A DNA stretch of 64,000 nucleotides from a virus: IMG/VR virus record IMGVR_UViG_3300045988_171964; one strand, 5' to 3'. Below, piece after piece: positions 17,504 through 28,300 of this stretch. The notes below the pieces were generated by a model, which ran no database searches, was not told where the DNA came from, and worked only from the letters and a program-made list of their open reading frames with translations. Both the position numbers and the translations under genes were made by a program. Each line of letters starts with the position of its first letter. The first letter of the stretch is position 1.

Positions 17504-18202
17504 TTAGAATAGGCTCGGCTGCATCATTTCTAACTGAATGCGCTTGCAAGCCTTGTCGTAATATTCTTTATTCAGTTCAAAGCCGATGAAGTTCCGCTTT
17601 TCCTTGATGCAGGCGATAGCGGTAGTACCGCTGCCCATAAAAGGATCGAGGACGGTATCACCTTTCAGACTCGAATTGATGATATGTTTTTGAAAGAATG
17701 GTGTTGGCTTTATGGTTGGATGATTCCAAAGATTTTTCTCTGAAGTGTTGAGTGGAGTAATGAAATACGTTCCTTTGGTACTCGTATCACCATAAATACG
17801 AACTCCTTTTTCTCGGAAGAACAAACAATACTCAGTATCAGTAATATATTTATTGCCGCACGCAGGTATCGGGTTTGTCTTGTGCCAAGTAATCAGATTC
17901 CAGTTACAGCCTTTCTCTTTTACAAAGTAATCAAGATATAGAGGAATCTGTTTTTGGCTACACCAAAGATAGATATTTATCTTTTTCATAACCCTGCAGC
18001 ATTCATCTAAAATCTTTAAATCGAATCCGCTCTTTATCTCATCCAGCTCTTTTACATAGCCTTTATCGTCATGGGCGTAAATACCCCCCCCAGAATTGTC
18101 TATAATATAAGGAGGATCACTAACTATTAAGTCGATAGCCTTGGAAGGAATCTTTTTCATTCCTGCCAGGCAATCCTCATTATAAATCTTATTTAATTCC
18201 AT
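17504..18202 (-). CDS. beta-class N6-adenine / N4-cytosine DNA methyltransferase
   Basis: SDPPY (motif IV) followed by DPFMGSGTTAIA (motif I). Contains a C8 tract at 18084-18091. Confidence 0.8.
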   Translation of the reverse strand: MELNKIYNEDCLAGMKKIPSKAIDLIVSDPPYIIDNSGGGIYAHDDKGYVKELDEIKSGFDLKILDECCRVMKKINIYLWCSQKQIPLYLDYFVKEKGCNWNLITWHKTNPIPACGNKYITDTEYCLFFREKGVRIYGDTSTKGTYFITPLNTSEKNLWNHPTIKPTPFFQKHIINSSLKGDTVLDPFMGSGTTAIACIKEKRNFIGFELNKEYYDKACKRIQLEMMQPSLF

Positions 18203-18229
18203 TCTCTATAAACTATTAACTGTAAACTA

Positions 18230-18463
18230 TTAACTCTTTACTCTCCCCACATGCCATTTCTGGCAAGTCTTGCATTGGTACGCCACATACCCTTGCGCCT
18301 TCAGCTCCGGTCTTTGGTTCAGAAACTCCCAGGCAGCATCCTCTGTTTCGTATGCCACCTTCGCCTTCCAGGTATGCTGTTTTCGGGTGTAATGTTCGGG
18401 GTCCGGTGTAAAGGGAGGAACCTTATTGTGATAATGATGATCACCTTTGCGCTTACTCATCAT
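18230..18463 (-). CDS. small zinc-ribbon-like protein
   Basis: The start MMSKRKG overlaps the stop of the upstream gene by 11 nt. C-terminal YQCKTCQKWHVG. The longer upstream extension (to 18643) is rejected. Confidence 0.4.
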   Translation of the reverse strand: MMSKRKGDHHYHNKVPPFTPDPEHYTRKQHTWKAKVAYETEDAAWEFLNQRPELKAQGYVAYQCKTCQKWHVGRVKS

Positions 18464-19265
18464 CGCCTCCTTCCTTTTCGGTATCACCTTCCTCTTCCGG
18501 AATATCCATTTCGGCTTCCTTCTTCTCAGCATGTTCATCCAGCACCTCTTCCATATACTCCATATAGTCAGGTACCTTTTCATTATGCTCCTGCAGACTT
18601 TCCTCCTCGGCAATATCCTGCATATCCTTAGCAGTAAGACCATACTTGCGAGCCATTTTTTTCTTGTACTCGTCAGTATAGTTCACCCTATCACGCTTCA
18701 CGATGCTTACATCCTGCGTGATGGCAATGCGGCTCATATCCGGCATTTCCTCGGTAGCATCCTTCTCTTCTAGGAAGTTGCCATAAACGGTAGCCAATGC
18801 CTGCATACCCTTATCCACCGCACGGTCGTTGTTCTGCTGCTTGCCCGTACGGATAAGCCACTCAGCAGAATTGAGATACATCGCCTTGTGACGAGGGCTT
18901 TCATCGGTCATAAAAAAGCGAATAATGTGGTTGCAGACCGCCACATCGTTTGTCAGCTCGGTAATGGTACGGGGTTTGATATTTCCTTCGTCGTCAATAT
19001 CAATATGCAGCGCCATCACCATTTCCTGCGCCTCCCTGTTGCCCTGTCCTGCCTGTTTCATAAACAGCGCGTAGTCGCGTCTTGCTATGTTGCGGCAGGT
19101 AGTCTTGGGGTCTATATCGTTGTTTTGTACCCAGCGCTTGTAGAACTCGTAGCAGAGCTGCATCCTATACTTCTGTTCCAGTTTTGGAAACATCGTGTCG
19201 ATACTCAGTCCATTTGATAGCCATTTGTCTATACGTTGCAGGGTATTCTGCGTAAGTTGACTCAT
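18453..19265 (-). CDS. hypothetical protein with acidic tail (small terminase possible but unsupported)
   Basis: 270-aa ORF in the terminase operon. No motif recognised. Confidence 0.45.
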   Translation of the reverse strand: MSQLTQNTLQRIDKWLSNGLSIDTMFPKLEQKYRMQLCYEFYKRWVQNNDIDPKTTCRNIARRDYALFMKQAGQGNREAQEMVMALHIDIDDEGNIKPRTITELTNDVAVCNHIIRFFMTDESPRHKAMYLNSAEWLIRTGKQQNNDRAVDKGMQALATVYGNFLEEKDATEEMPDMSRIAITQDVSIVKRDRVNYTDEYKKKMARKYGLTAKDMQDIAEEESLQEHNEKVPDYMEYMEEVLDEHAEKKEAEMDIPEEEGDTEKEGGDDE

Positions 19266-19370
19266 CTCTTATTAATGTTTAATGTTTAATGTTAACCTGG
19301 TGGGGCATCGAAAACCGAAATTCGTGCTATTCGTGTCATTCGTGTTCAAACTCCCCGAACCCCCGAAACG

Positions 19371-20223
19371 CTATATGGTAAGGTCGATACCAAACTGACC
19401 TTCCAGGAACTTCTTGTAATCGGGCTTACCGAATAGCGGTCCGTTCACCTTATTCCACTCCTTATTATTAGAATAGAACACATCACGTGTGAACCATTCA
19501 TATACGCTATCGTAGCGTTTCAGCGCCGTGCAGTTAGGATGCGTATTTAAGTACTTCTGTCCGGCACGCAGATAAGCCTTCGCTATGCGGGGATGCTTCT
19601 GAAACTCGATAAGGCGCTTGCGTCTGGAAGCCAGAGGACAGCACATGCAGCCGAGTCTTCGAGTAACGTTGATTTGCCCCCCCCGTATCATAGTAGAGTG
19701 GAGCCAGCTTCAAGTCTCTATCAAGAATGAAATCCCTTACGTCTTCATCAGTCCACTCTAAGATAGGGTAAATCTGCTCCACATGGTTCTCTTCTTTCTT
19801 TGCACCAAAATATCGGCACTCGGTAGGCTCGTTATATCTTTCTTTTCTCGCTCTGCTTTCCGCTTTGCGCACACCGATAATGGTTTTATCGAGTACCTTA
19901 TACTCTTTCAGAGCCTCACAGCAGAAACGGGAGAAGCGAGAAGGAAATCCCTTCTTGGCGATAAGCTGAAAGAAATTCTCTTTAGGTCTGAGAATTTCCA
20001 CGCCCATCTCCTTCACGTGGGCGATAGTGCCAGGTGGGTCGATGGTGGTGTTCTTGTATATCGCCCTGTATCTGATACCGGCTTCCTTTGCAAGTTGAAG
20101 GATCACGTCGCTATCTTTGCCGCCCGAATAAGCCAGTTCTATCTCTCCATCGTACCTTTTCTGTACGCTTTGCAGGAGTCGGATAGACTGATCTATCTTT
20201 TTCTGTAATTGCTCGTTTATCAT
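19371..20223 (-). pseudogene. PAPS reductase / adenine-nucleotide-alpha-hydrolase-like gene, split by a +1/-2 frame break in a G8 tract
   Basis: The N-terminal ORF has the PP-loop-like AYSGGKDSDV. The C-terminal ORF has RRLGCMCCPL, as in the C-terminal Cys cluster of this family. The two frames meet in the C8 run at 19677-19684, and a 7-nt run would fuse them. Confidence 0.7.
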
Positions 20224-20254
20224 TTTGCGCCTTTTTAATTTCTTTATTTGCCCA

Positions 20255-20290
20255 CAAAATTACGAAATCGCCCCTAAATGATTGGGACAA
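20255..20290 (-). promoter_or_regulatory. phage promoter b' (minus strand)
   Basis: On the minus strand: TTGTCCC, 25 nt, TAATTTTG. Drives the PAPS-reductase/terminase operon. Confidence 0.55.
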
Positions 20291-20330
20291 CCCCCGAACC
20301 CCCTTATCTCGAAATAACACCCCTCTCGCC

Positions 20331-20357
20331 CCGTCCCCAGCGATTCCATCGCAGGTC
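20331..20357 (+). repeat. hairpin repeat H2
   Basis: CCGTCCCCAGCGATTCCATCGCAGGTC. Promoter b begins 12 nt downstream of its stem. Confidence 0.8.
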
Positions 20358-20367
20358 CCTCAATCCT

Positions 20368-20404
20368 TTTGTCCCCATCTCTCAATAAAAAACCGATACC
20401 TTTG
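20368..20404 (+). promoter_or_regulatory. phage promoter b
   Basis: TTTGTCCCC, 25-nt gap, TACCTTTG. 45 nt upstream of ATG 20449. Confidence 0.6.
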
Positions 20405-20448
20405 TATCGTATTAAAAAACATAGGATAACATTAAAAAGAAAAAAGAA

Positions 20449-21054
20449 ATGCAAAGTTTAATTCCAACCCTTACCAGGTTTCTTGCAGCCATCATCGGCT
20501 TGGTGTGGTGCACACTGGAACCATCCCTTAACTACATCGCCGTATGCTTCTTCGCCCTTGTCTGCGACTGCTACACGGCATGGCGCTGCAACTGTCGCAT
20601 CTATTCCCGCTATCGGGAGGCTATCAAGAAAGACCCTCGATGCAAAATCGACGGCAAACTGAAATCTAAGAAAATGGCAAAGATGGTGAAGGATTTCTCC
20701 GTCCTCATCCTTGCGATATTCTTGGCCACGATGGTAGATACCGTCATACTCGATTTCCAAAACCCTCTCCATCTTGCTAACTATCTCGCTGCCATCTATT
20801 GTGGCGTGCAACTCGTGAGCATCCTCGAAAACGAGAGTACCTGCAATGGTGCACCCTGGGCAAGAGTGATGCAGAAGATTGTGGCCGATAAAACCGAAAG
20901 GCACTTTAATGTAAAGCTGAAAGACTTGATGAAGGAAGCAACAGAAGAAGAGGGCAACAAGGAAGAGGCTACTCCGGAAGAGGATAAGAAGAAAGAAGAT
21001 GATAATGACGACTGGATTCCGCAGAAACCTGCAGACCCAGTAATGGGCATGTAA
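20449..21054 (+). CDS. holin-like membrane protein (Phage_holin_4-like)
   Basis: 3-4 hydrophobic helices. VQLVSILENES resembles the conserved SIlEN motif of that holin family. Acidic C-terminal tail. Confidence 0.5.
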   Translation: MQSLIPTLTRFLAAIIGLVWCTLEPSLNYIAVCFFALVCDCYTAWRCNCRIYSRYREAIKKDPRCKIDGKLKSKKMAKMVKDFSVLILAIFLATMVDTVILDFQNPLHLANYLAAIYCGVQLVSILENESTCNGAPWARVMQKIVADKTERHFNVKLKDLMKEATEEEGNKEEATPEEDKKKEDDNDDWIPQKPADPVMGM

Positions 21055-21118
21055 TGTGCCAATATCTCTTAATTTCCGTACGCTATCAGTTAATAATGTG
21101 TTAAAATCTCTTTGAATT

Positions 21119-21721
21119 ATGACAATATCAAATGTTTTGGAACACTGGGCAACCATCTACAAGCCCTTGTCTCATAACCCGACAAGCAAGAAGCTGGAGG
21201 ATCAGAGTTTCTTCCGCATTCGTGATATTGATGAGGAAAATATCTTTTCCCGAAACGCCAATATCATCCACTCTCCCTGTATGCTCTATCGTGTCGTTAA
21301 CTCCGGAGAACTGAAATCGGATAAGCAAGCCCTGATTACTTATCAGGTCTGTTTCCTTACCCGACTGAAAGATTCCTCTGCTACATTGGGCAGATATGAT
21401 GGCAGCAAATTGCAGGCTGCATCGGATGATCTGATGGAGTATTGCGAAGACCTTGCCTCTTATCTCACTCAGCTTCGCCGCACGGGTATCTGTCCTATCA
21501 CGGGCAGAAACTTCAAGACGGAAGAGCCTAAGCTGGGCATAGAGTTATCATCCGTCGATATAGAGAGTTTTGCCTATGGTGTAAACCCTCTTTTTCGTGG
21601 ACCGAGCTGGCTCCTTGCTGATTGTTATTGGCAGACTATCCGTCCGCTCTATAACTTCCAATGCGGAAAGGAGCAGAAATATATCATTCCTGCATCAACA
21701 GAAGACGGAAAGGAGGGATAA
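21119..21721 (+). CDS. hypothetical structural-module protein
   Basis: 200-aa ORF upstream of the tape measure. Confidence 0.45.
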   Translation: MTISNVLEHWATIYKPLSHNPTSKKLEDQSFFRIRDIDEENIFSRNANIIHSPCMLYRVVNSGELKSDKQALITYQVCFLTRLKDSSATLGRYDGSKLQAASDDLMEYCEDLASYLTQLRRTGICPITGRNFKTEEPKLGIELSSVDIESFAYGVNPLFRGPSWLLADCYWQTIRPLYNFQCGKEQKYIIPASTEDGKEG

Positions 21722-21724
21722 GCC

Positions 21725-22279
21725 ATGCCTATCAGAACCCAACCTATCAAGTCGCCTTTTGCACCCTTAAAAGAGGTGGCAGGTGTATATCTGAAGCAAG
21801 CTCTTCTTGATATAGAAGTTAACTTCAATACCCAGAAGATTTATCCGGTAGAAGTATATCGTGGCTACGAGAAGGTGAACAAATATCGCGAGGAACACGG
21901 CATGTGGTACTCTACGGGTGAAGGTAAGAAATCCTTTGAGGGTACGGTATATCAGGCTGATGAAAAGACGGGTAATCTGATGGTAGGAATCCGTTATAAC
22001 GACTATCTCCGCTATGTGGATATTGGTGTAGGTTTGACGGGTGATCCTCGTGACCCTGCAGCCCATATCACTGCCGATAAGGTGGACCGCTCGAAGAAAG
22101 CTAAGTTTAAAACACGATATATCGGCAAGTGGGATAGAAGGGCAGGTAAATCTCATCGTCCTGCCATCATGCGCACGGTGAGAAGACTGAAAACGAGATA
22201 CGAAAACCATCTTGCAGATTACTATGGCTACCAGGGCTTGTTGCAGATAATGAACGCCCTGGAGGGCAAAGATGAGTAA
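21725..22279 (+). CDS. hypothetical structural-module protein
   Basis: 184-aa ORF immediately upstream of the tape measure. Confidence 0.45.
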   Translation: MPIRTQPIKSPFAPLKEVAGVYLKQALLDIEVNFNTQKIYPVEVYRGYEKVNKYREEHGMWYSTGEGKKSFEGTVYQADEKTGNLMVGIRYNDYLRYVDIGVGLTGDPRDPAAHITADKVDRSKKAKFKTRYIGKWDRRAGKSHRPAIMRTVRRLKTRYENHLADYYGYQGLLQIMNALEGKDE

Positions 22280-22314
22280 CTTTATAAGTATTCATATTTA
22301 AAAACAGAAACAAA

Positions 22315-25300
22315 ATGGCAAAGAATAAAACAGAGGCTATCATCACGCTCAATGGCCAGCAGCCGCTCCAGGTACTGAAGCAGTTGCAGGAGGCAGCAGC
22401 GGGTATATCCGAGCAGATAGATGCGGCTCAGGCGAAGCTGAAAAACCTGAAGCCGAACACTGACCCATATAAAGCCCTCGATGCGACCATCAAGGATCTG
22501 AAGAAGCAGTACGATTTGCTGGCTTCTGCACAGATTAAGGATATTTCTGCCAATGAGCGTTTGCAGAGCGTAGTGGACCAGCTCAGTAATACTTCACTTC
22601 GCAACCTGCGCCGTGCATTGGGCGACGGCAAGCGTCAGCTTGAAGGCTTGTCAGAGGCAGAACTGGATCAGGCAAACGCTATCCGCTCAATGATGAAGGA
22701 AGTAGGCGACCAGGTGCGCTTGCTCGAAGGGAAGTATGTAAAGATTGAAAAAGGACTGAAGAATATAAGCATTCAGTCTGACCAATGGCTGAGTAAGGCC
22801 ATAACGCAGCAGAGAGACCTTGTGGCTTCACTCGAAAAGACAGATGCCAGCTATCTCAAGAATCACGCCACATTGAAGCAGTTGGAGAGAGAGGAGGATA
22901 GACGTAATGGCAAGCTGACTACACCGGAGGCTATGACTGTGGTGCAAGACCGAACATCTACTGCCTCCGAACTTCGCCGCGCCAAGACATCAATCACTCA
23001 GGCGAGGGATAATGTAGATACATCTGATACTGCTCAGATAAAAGCCTATAATGAAGCCCTTGCTAAGATTGAGGAACGCCTTGATGCCGTATCGGGGAAA
23101 GCCCAGAAAACAGCCATCGGTTGGCAGAAAATGCGCCAGGTATTATCTAACCCTGGCAAGGCTTCGGGCGAGGACATTAAGCAAACCATGGACGCTATTC
23201 AGCAGAAAATACAGCAACTCCCTGCTGGAAGTAAGGCTGTATCAGATTTGCGCAGACAATACGCCCAGTTGGAACAAACTATGAAAGGTACCCGCCTCTC
23301 GCAAGCGCAGCTCAATGATATTGTCGCCCGCAGTAAGACCGGCAAGGCAAATATCAATGAGCTGAGACAGGCTTATAAGCAACTTGAGGAGGAACTGAAT
23401 CAGTTAAACACCAAAAGCAAGGAATTTAACGAGAAGCAGAAGGAACTGAAGGATTTAAAGAAGAATATCGACAATGCTACTGGAGCCATAAGCCAGCAAA
23501 GTAAATCCTGGCAGACGGCATTAAAGAACCTGACCGCATACGTAGGTCTCTTTCAGGTCTTCAATGCTATCAAAGATACAGTTACTTCTGCTATCAAGAA
23601 AAACTTTGAATATTCTTCGTCTTTGACGGATATTCGCAAGGTGTCCGGACTCACGATGCAGGATGTCAATAAACTGTCTGAGGAATTGGCTAAGATTGAT
23701 ACTCGTACTTCTGTTGATGGCTTGGCCCAACTTGCCTATCAGGGTGCAAAACTTGGTATGGGTAAGTATGGCGTGGAAGGTATGAAACAGTTCGTAGCTG
23801 CTGCCGACCAGATCAATGTAGCCATTGGTGAGGAAATGGGCGAGGAAGCGCTGCCGGCTCTTTCTAAAATGGTGGAGACGATGGGTCTTATCCCGAAGAT
23901 GGGTATCGAAAAAGCGATGCTTGCTACGGGTTCGGCTATGTTCAAACTGTCTTCTACCTCTACCTCTACATCTACCAATATAGTGGAGTTCGCCAAGCGA
24001 TTAACCGGTGTGAGCCGTACTGCAGGTATCACTACCGACCAGTTGTTGGCTCTCGGTTCTGCATCTGATTCCCTCTTCCTGATGCCGGAGGTGAGTGCCA
24101 CGGCGATGTCTAAGTTCATCGTAGCTTTGCAGAAGAACCATAACCTTATCGAGAAGGATTTGGGCATTCCGGATGGTACCATCAAAAGAATGTATGCAGC
24201 AGGCAACGCAATGGATGCCATCGTGATGGTACTTGAAAAGATGCGAGACAAGGGTAATATGAATGCCCTTGGCGGCATCTTCAAAGACCTTGGTTCTAAT
24301 GGTCAGCGACTCGTTACCGCCATGGTAACTATGTCTAAGAACGTAGATGTACTGAAGGATCATCTCTACGAGTCTAAGGAGGCATTCGAGGAGGCAACTG
24401 CTGTAACCAGCGAGTACACGATGCAGCAGCAGTCTGCCGCAGGTATATTGGATAGAGCCAATAACCTTTGGGAGAAGGCTTTTATCAATCCAGATGGTGT
24501 GGAAAGTGTAAAGTCTATGGCGCAGGCTTGGTACGATATGTCGCAGATGATCTTGCAAAGCCCGATATTCAAGAATACACTTCAGGCAGCCATGTGGAGT
24601 GTGATTACTGCTTGCAAGGTATTTGTAACTCTCCTTCCTCTCATCGCTAACTATGTTGCTGCTCTAGGTATCTATAAAGCCGTTTCGTTTCTTTGGGAAT
24701 TAGGTAAGGCGATAAAAGCTGCGGCAGCTGCGCAAACGTTGTTTAATTCAGCAGCCAAGGTAAATCCTTATGTAGCTATTGCAAGTGCGATTGTCACCGC
24801 CGTAGGTGTGGTATGGTCTTTTGTGGAAGCGGATAGAGAAGCTGCTGCTGCGGAGGCAGAGGCAGCACGCAAAGCTAATGCCTGGAAAGATAAGTTGAAA
24901 GAAGCGCAGTCTCAAACTGATACGCTTACCCGAAAACTCCATTCTTATAAAACTACACTCGAAGCCCTGAACGTATCGCAGAATGCCCGAAATACGCAGA
25001 TAGCCCGATTTAATCGTGATTTTCGCCAGTATATCTCTAAGTTGGGTATCGAAATCAAGAGCGTGAGCGATTTGAAGAAGCATTATTCGGAGTTAGCACA
25101 GGAAATTCAGCGTGCTACCTATTATCGCCTTCGTGAGGAAGCCAAGCAGAGCGTAATGCCTTCCTATCAGATGGATCGTCTGAATGCGGCTAACCGTATC
25201 AAGAAGGAACTTAATAATCTCGGCTTGTTTGCAGGCGGTTTTACCCAAAAGAACGTGATGGATATGTTCAATAAGGGTGCAGGTGCAGGTTGGATATGGC

Positions 25301-28300
25301 AGAAGATTATCGAGGCAAACACAAAAGATGCCAAGCAGGGTAGTTTCCGTTTCAATATGAAAACAGGAAACTATACTTATACTGATAATAGCGGTAAAAC
25401 CGTCAAGGGTAATCCTACAGGCTATAAAGGTCTGTTATCTTCACTCGTTCATTTCCAGAACGCAACCAAGCGCGAAACAAGTAAGGATAAGGAAATCAAT
25501 GATTACTTCAATCAGGTAGTTAATCTTGATGGCTATACTCCTTGGGTAGAAGATGAACCTGGTACGCTTGAAAATGAAGCACCCGATAATGATGCCATCC
25601 GTGCTGCGAAGCAGGAGGCACGCGATCAGCAGCGTTCCTGGCGTGAGGAGTTGAAGCAGAAGCAGGATGAAGCAAACGCTATCATGGATAACGTGCGCAA
25701 CTTCTATGAGCGACAAATCAACGAAAAACTGTCACAGGCAGTAAGCCTCGGTATGGATAAGACGGAGCAGGATTTGTTCGTAGAGCCAGTGAAGAAGCGT
25801 ATGGATGAAGCCCTTTCGCAGGTGCGCCTTGCTATCGCTGGTCAGGCTAACACCTGGGAGGACTTCAAAAAGACGATGGATAATGATCTTATCGAGAAGA
25901 CCGATGAGACCGGAGTTAATCTTTCCAAGAACCTCCTCACCTCCATTACGCAGAATAATATCGCAGCCCTGCGCACGAAGATGGCTCAGTTGGGTAATAG
26001 TCTGAACCGTCCGATGAACTCCATCACGGCTGAAATATTTGCCAAGGCTACCAAGAACCAGCAGGATCGTGTAAAGCTGGAAGCGCAGCAGGCAGAAGCC
26101 CGTAGAAAGGTGGCTCAGGAGCATAACTACATGGGTGCCGTGCAGCAGAATATGTATGACGATTTCAACCAAATGGGCTATGCTACCCCAACCGATTTTG
26201 AAGCGCAGGACAAGGAAGCCTTTGACAGACGCAAGGCACACATCATTTCCATGTACGAGCAAGCAAGAAAGCAAATCGCCAACCTTTATACAGTTGATGT
26301 CAGCAATAAAGAAGGTAGGGGATTGCTGATGCAGGTACTCTTTGGCGATGATCCTTATGCGCTGGGTGCCCGCATTCAGAGTGTATTGGGCGACAATGCG
26401 GAAGACTGGAGGGTGTTCTATAACAAACTTATTCAGTATTCTGATGAATATACTGAGGCTCAGAAGAAGACCTACGACCAGGCAAAAAAGATTGCCGAGC
26501 AGATGTGGAAGGTCAACCAGCGCAATCTTGCCAACCAGGAAACCCTTCGCAAGATGCAGCAGGAAAGCGCCCTCTTCGGTAAGCGAACCAATATGTGGTC
26601 GAATCTTGGTCTCGGCGATCTTACCGCCGACCCAGAGGTGGAGCTGATGAAGATGAAGATGCAGATGGCGGAAGATTATTATGCTTTCGTTTTCAAAAAT
26701 TCGAGAAATCAGCAACTTATCGATGAAGCTGACAAGGCTCGTCAGGAGGCAGAACTTGCCTATGTCAACCAAATGGCTACGGCGATGAAGAACCGCCTCT
26801 CACAGATGCAGCAGCTTGTGCAGCCTATCGAGACCTTCGGTGCAGAAGTAGGCAAGGCATTTGCTGAAATGCGCAATGATGTAAGCAGCGCACAGGAAGC
26901 TATCAAGAACGCTCTGAAGTCTATGCTCGAATCGTGGGGTAATATGGCGCTCAACGATGTGAATACGCAGATGTGGAAGGCTATCAATGATGCAGGTGCC
27001 AAGCGAGCCAAGAAGAAAGCGCAGCCTGGTATCGATGCAGCAAGAGCCAACGCTAACGCCAATGCCGTGAAGGAAGACTTCTCTCATCTCGGCACAAAGG
27101 CGAACCCGATGTATGTGCGACTGGTAGATGAGGGAGCATCTTATCTTACTCAACAGCCGCAGTCTAACTTCGAGAATATGACTCCTCAGCAGCCGGCTCT
27201 CGGTTGGAATCCTGACGGCTCGCCTATCAATCCTAACAGTCCGGCTATTGTGCCTCCATACGCGCCCCCTGCAACCCCCGAGCAGGCGAATAAGCAAGCA
27301 GAGGGCAATGGTGCTCCTCATGCGTGGGCACATCGCAATCGAGACAATGCCAATGCGTTTTACCAGGATGCCGCAACGCAAACGGGTGCGGCAGCAGCCG
27401 ATGCTATCGCAGGTGGCGGTTCCTGGTCCGATGTCGCAGCCGGTATCGGCGGTTCTTTCATCGGTGGCGTAATGAATACCGAGTTCAAGACTGGCGGCGG
27501 CAAATCAAAGGAGGATAAGGAGAAAGCCGAGCAGTTGAAGAAGGAGAAGAAACACCAGAAGGAACTGAGCAAGGAGGTAAAGAAGGGCAATAAGGAACGT
27601 GAGAAGGTTACCACGCAGGGTGTCAAGAACATCACAGACGTAACTGATGCCGGAAACAAGGAGCAGACCGAGGGTACAAAGATAGCTTTGAATACAGGTA
27701 TGGCTATGACGGAAACGGCGCTCACTACCAACCTTGCGAAAACGCAAGCCAATAACGAAGCTGTTATCGAGTCGGATGCTGACCGCACGCGAGCAGGAAT
27801 GACCTTCTCTATCGCTGGTGCCATCGGTAAGTGCTTCGACTTCCTAGGTCCTATCGCGGGTCCTATTGCTGCTGCTGGTGTGATGGCTACCCTGATGGGC
27901 TTGCTCCAGTGGGCACTCAATTCAGCCTTCAGCGGCGGCAAAAAGAAGAGTAATACCAATACTACCAATACCAAGCTTGTTACTGGTATGCTTACCTATG
28001 ATTCCGGAAACGTTCAAGACTTGAAGCCATTTGTGGCTGATAATGGCGAGGTGTATTGGGCGAAGGAGGATGACGGCAAGCAGATGCAGGGCGTGAAGAT
28101 GCTTACATCTCCAACCGCCACCACCGTTAATGGTCAGCCGTCTCTCGTAGCCGAGAAAGGACCGGAAATCGTGATTGGCCGTGAAACCACTCATGCCATG
28201 ATGATGAATAACCCTGCCCTGCTGAAGGCGCTGGTCAATTACGACAGCAACTATTCGGGAGGAAACTCAGCAAGAAGGGCATTTGATAGCGGCAACGTGG

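Noticed and set aside
18464-18643. N-terminal extension of ORF 18230..18643
   Set aside because: It overlaps the 3' part of 18453..19265 in another frame. The MMSKRKG start, which overlaps the upstream stop, fits the operon packing.
20458-21156. 232-aa minus-strand ORF
   Set aside because: It fully overlaps the holin-like plus-strand gene, which has a promoter and a recognisable motif. No start context supports it.
22428-28194. Many 60-346-aa ORFs on both strands inside the tape measure gene (e.g. 25732..26772, 23739..24284, 27360..27974)
   Set aside because: All are nested in the uninterrupted 2072-aa ORF. Their low-complexity or antisense composition and lack of independent signals argue against them.
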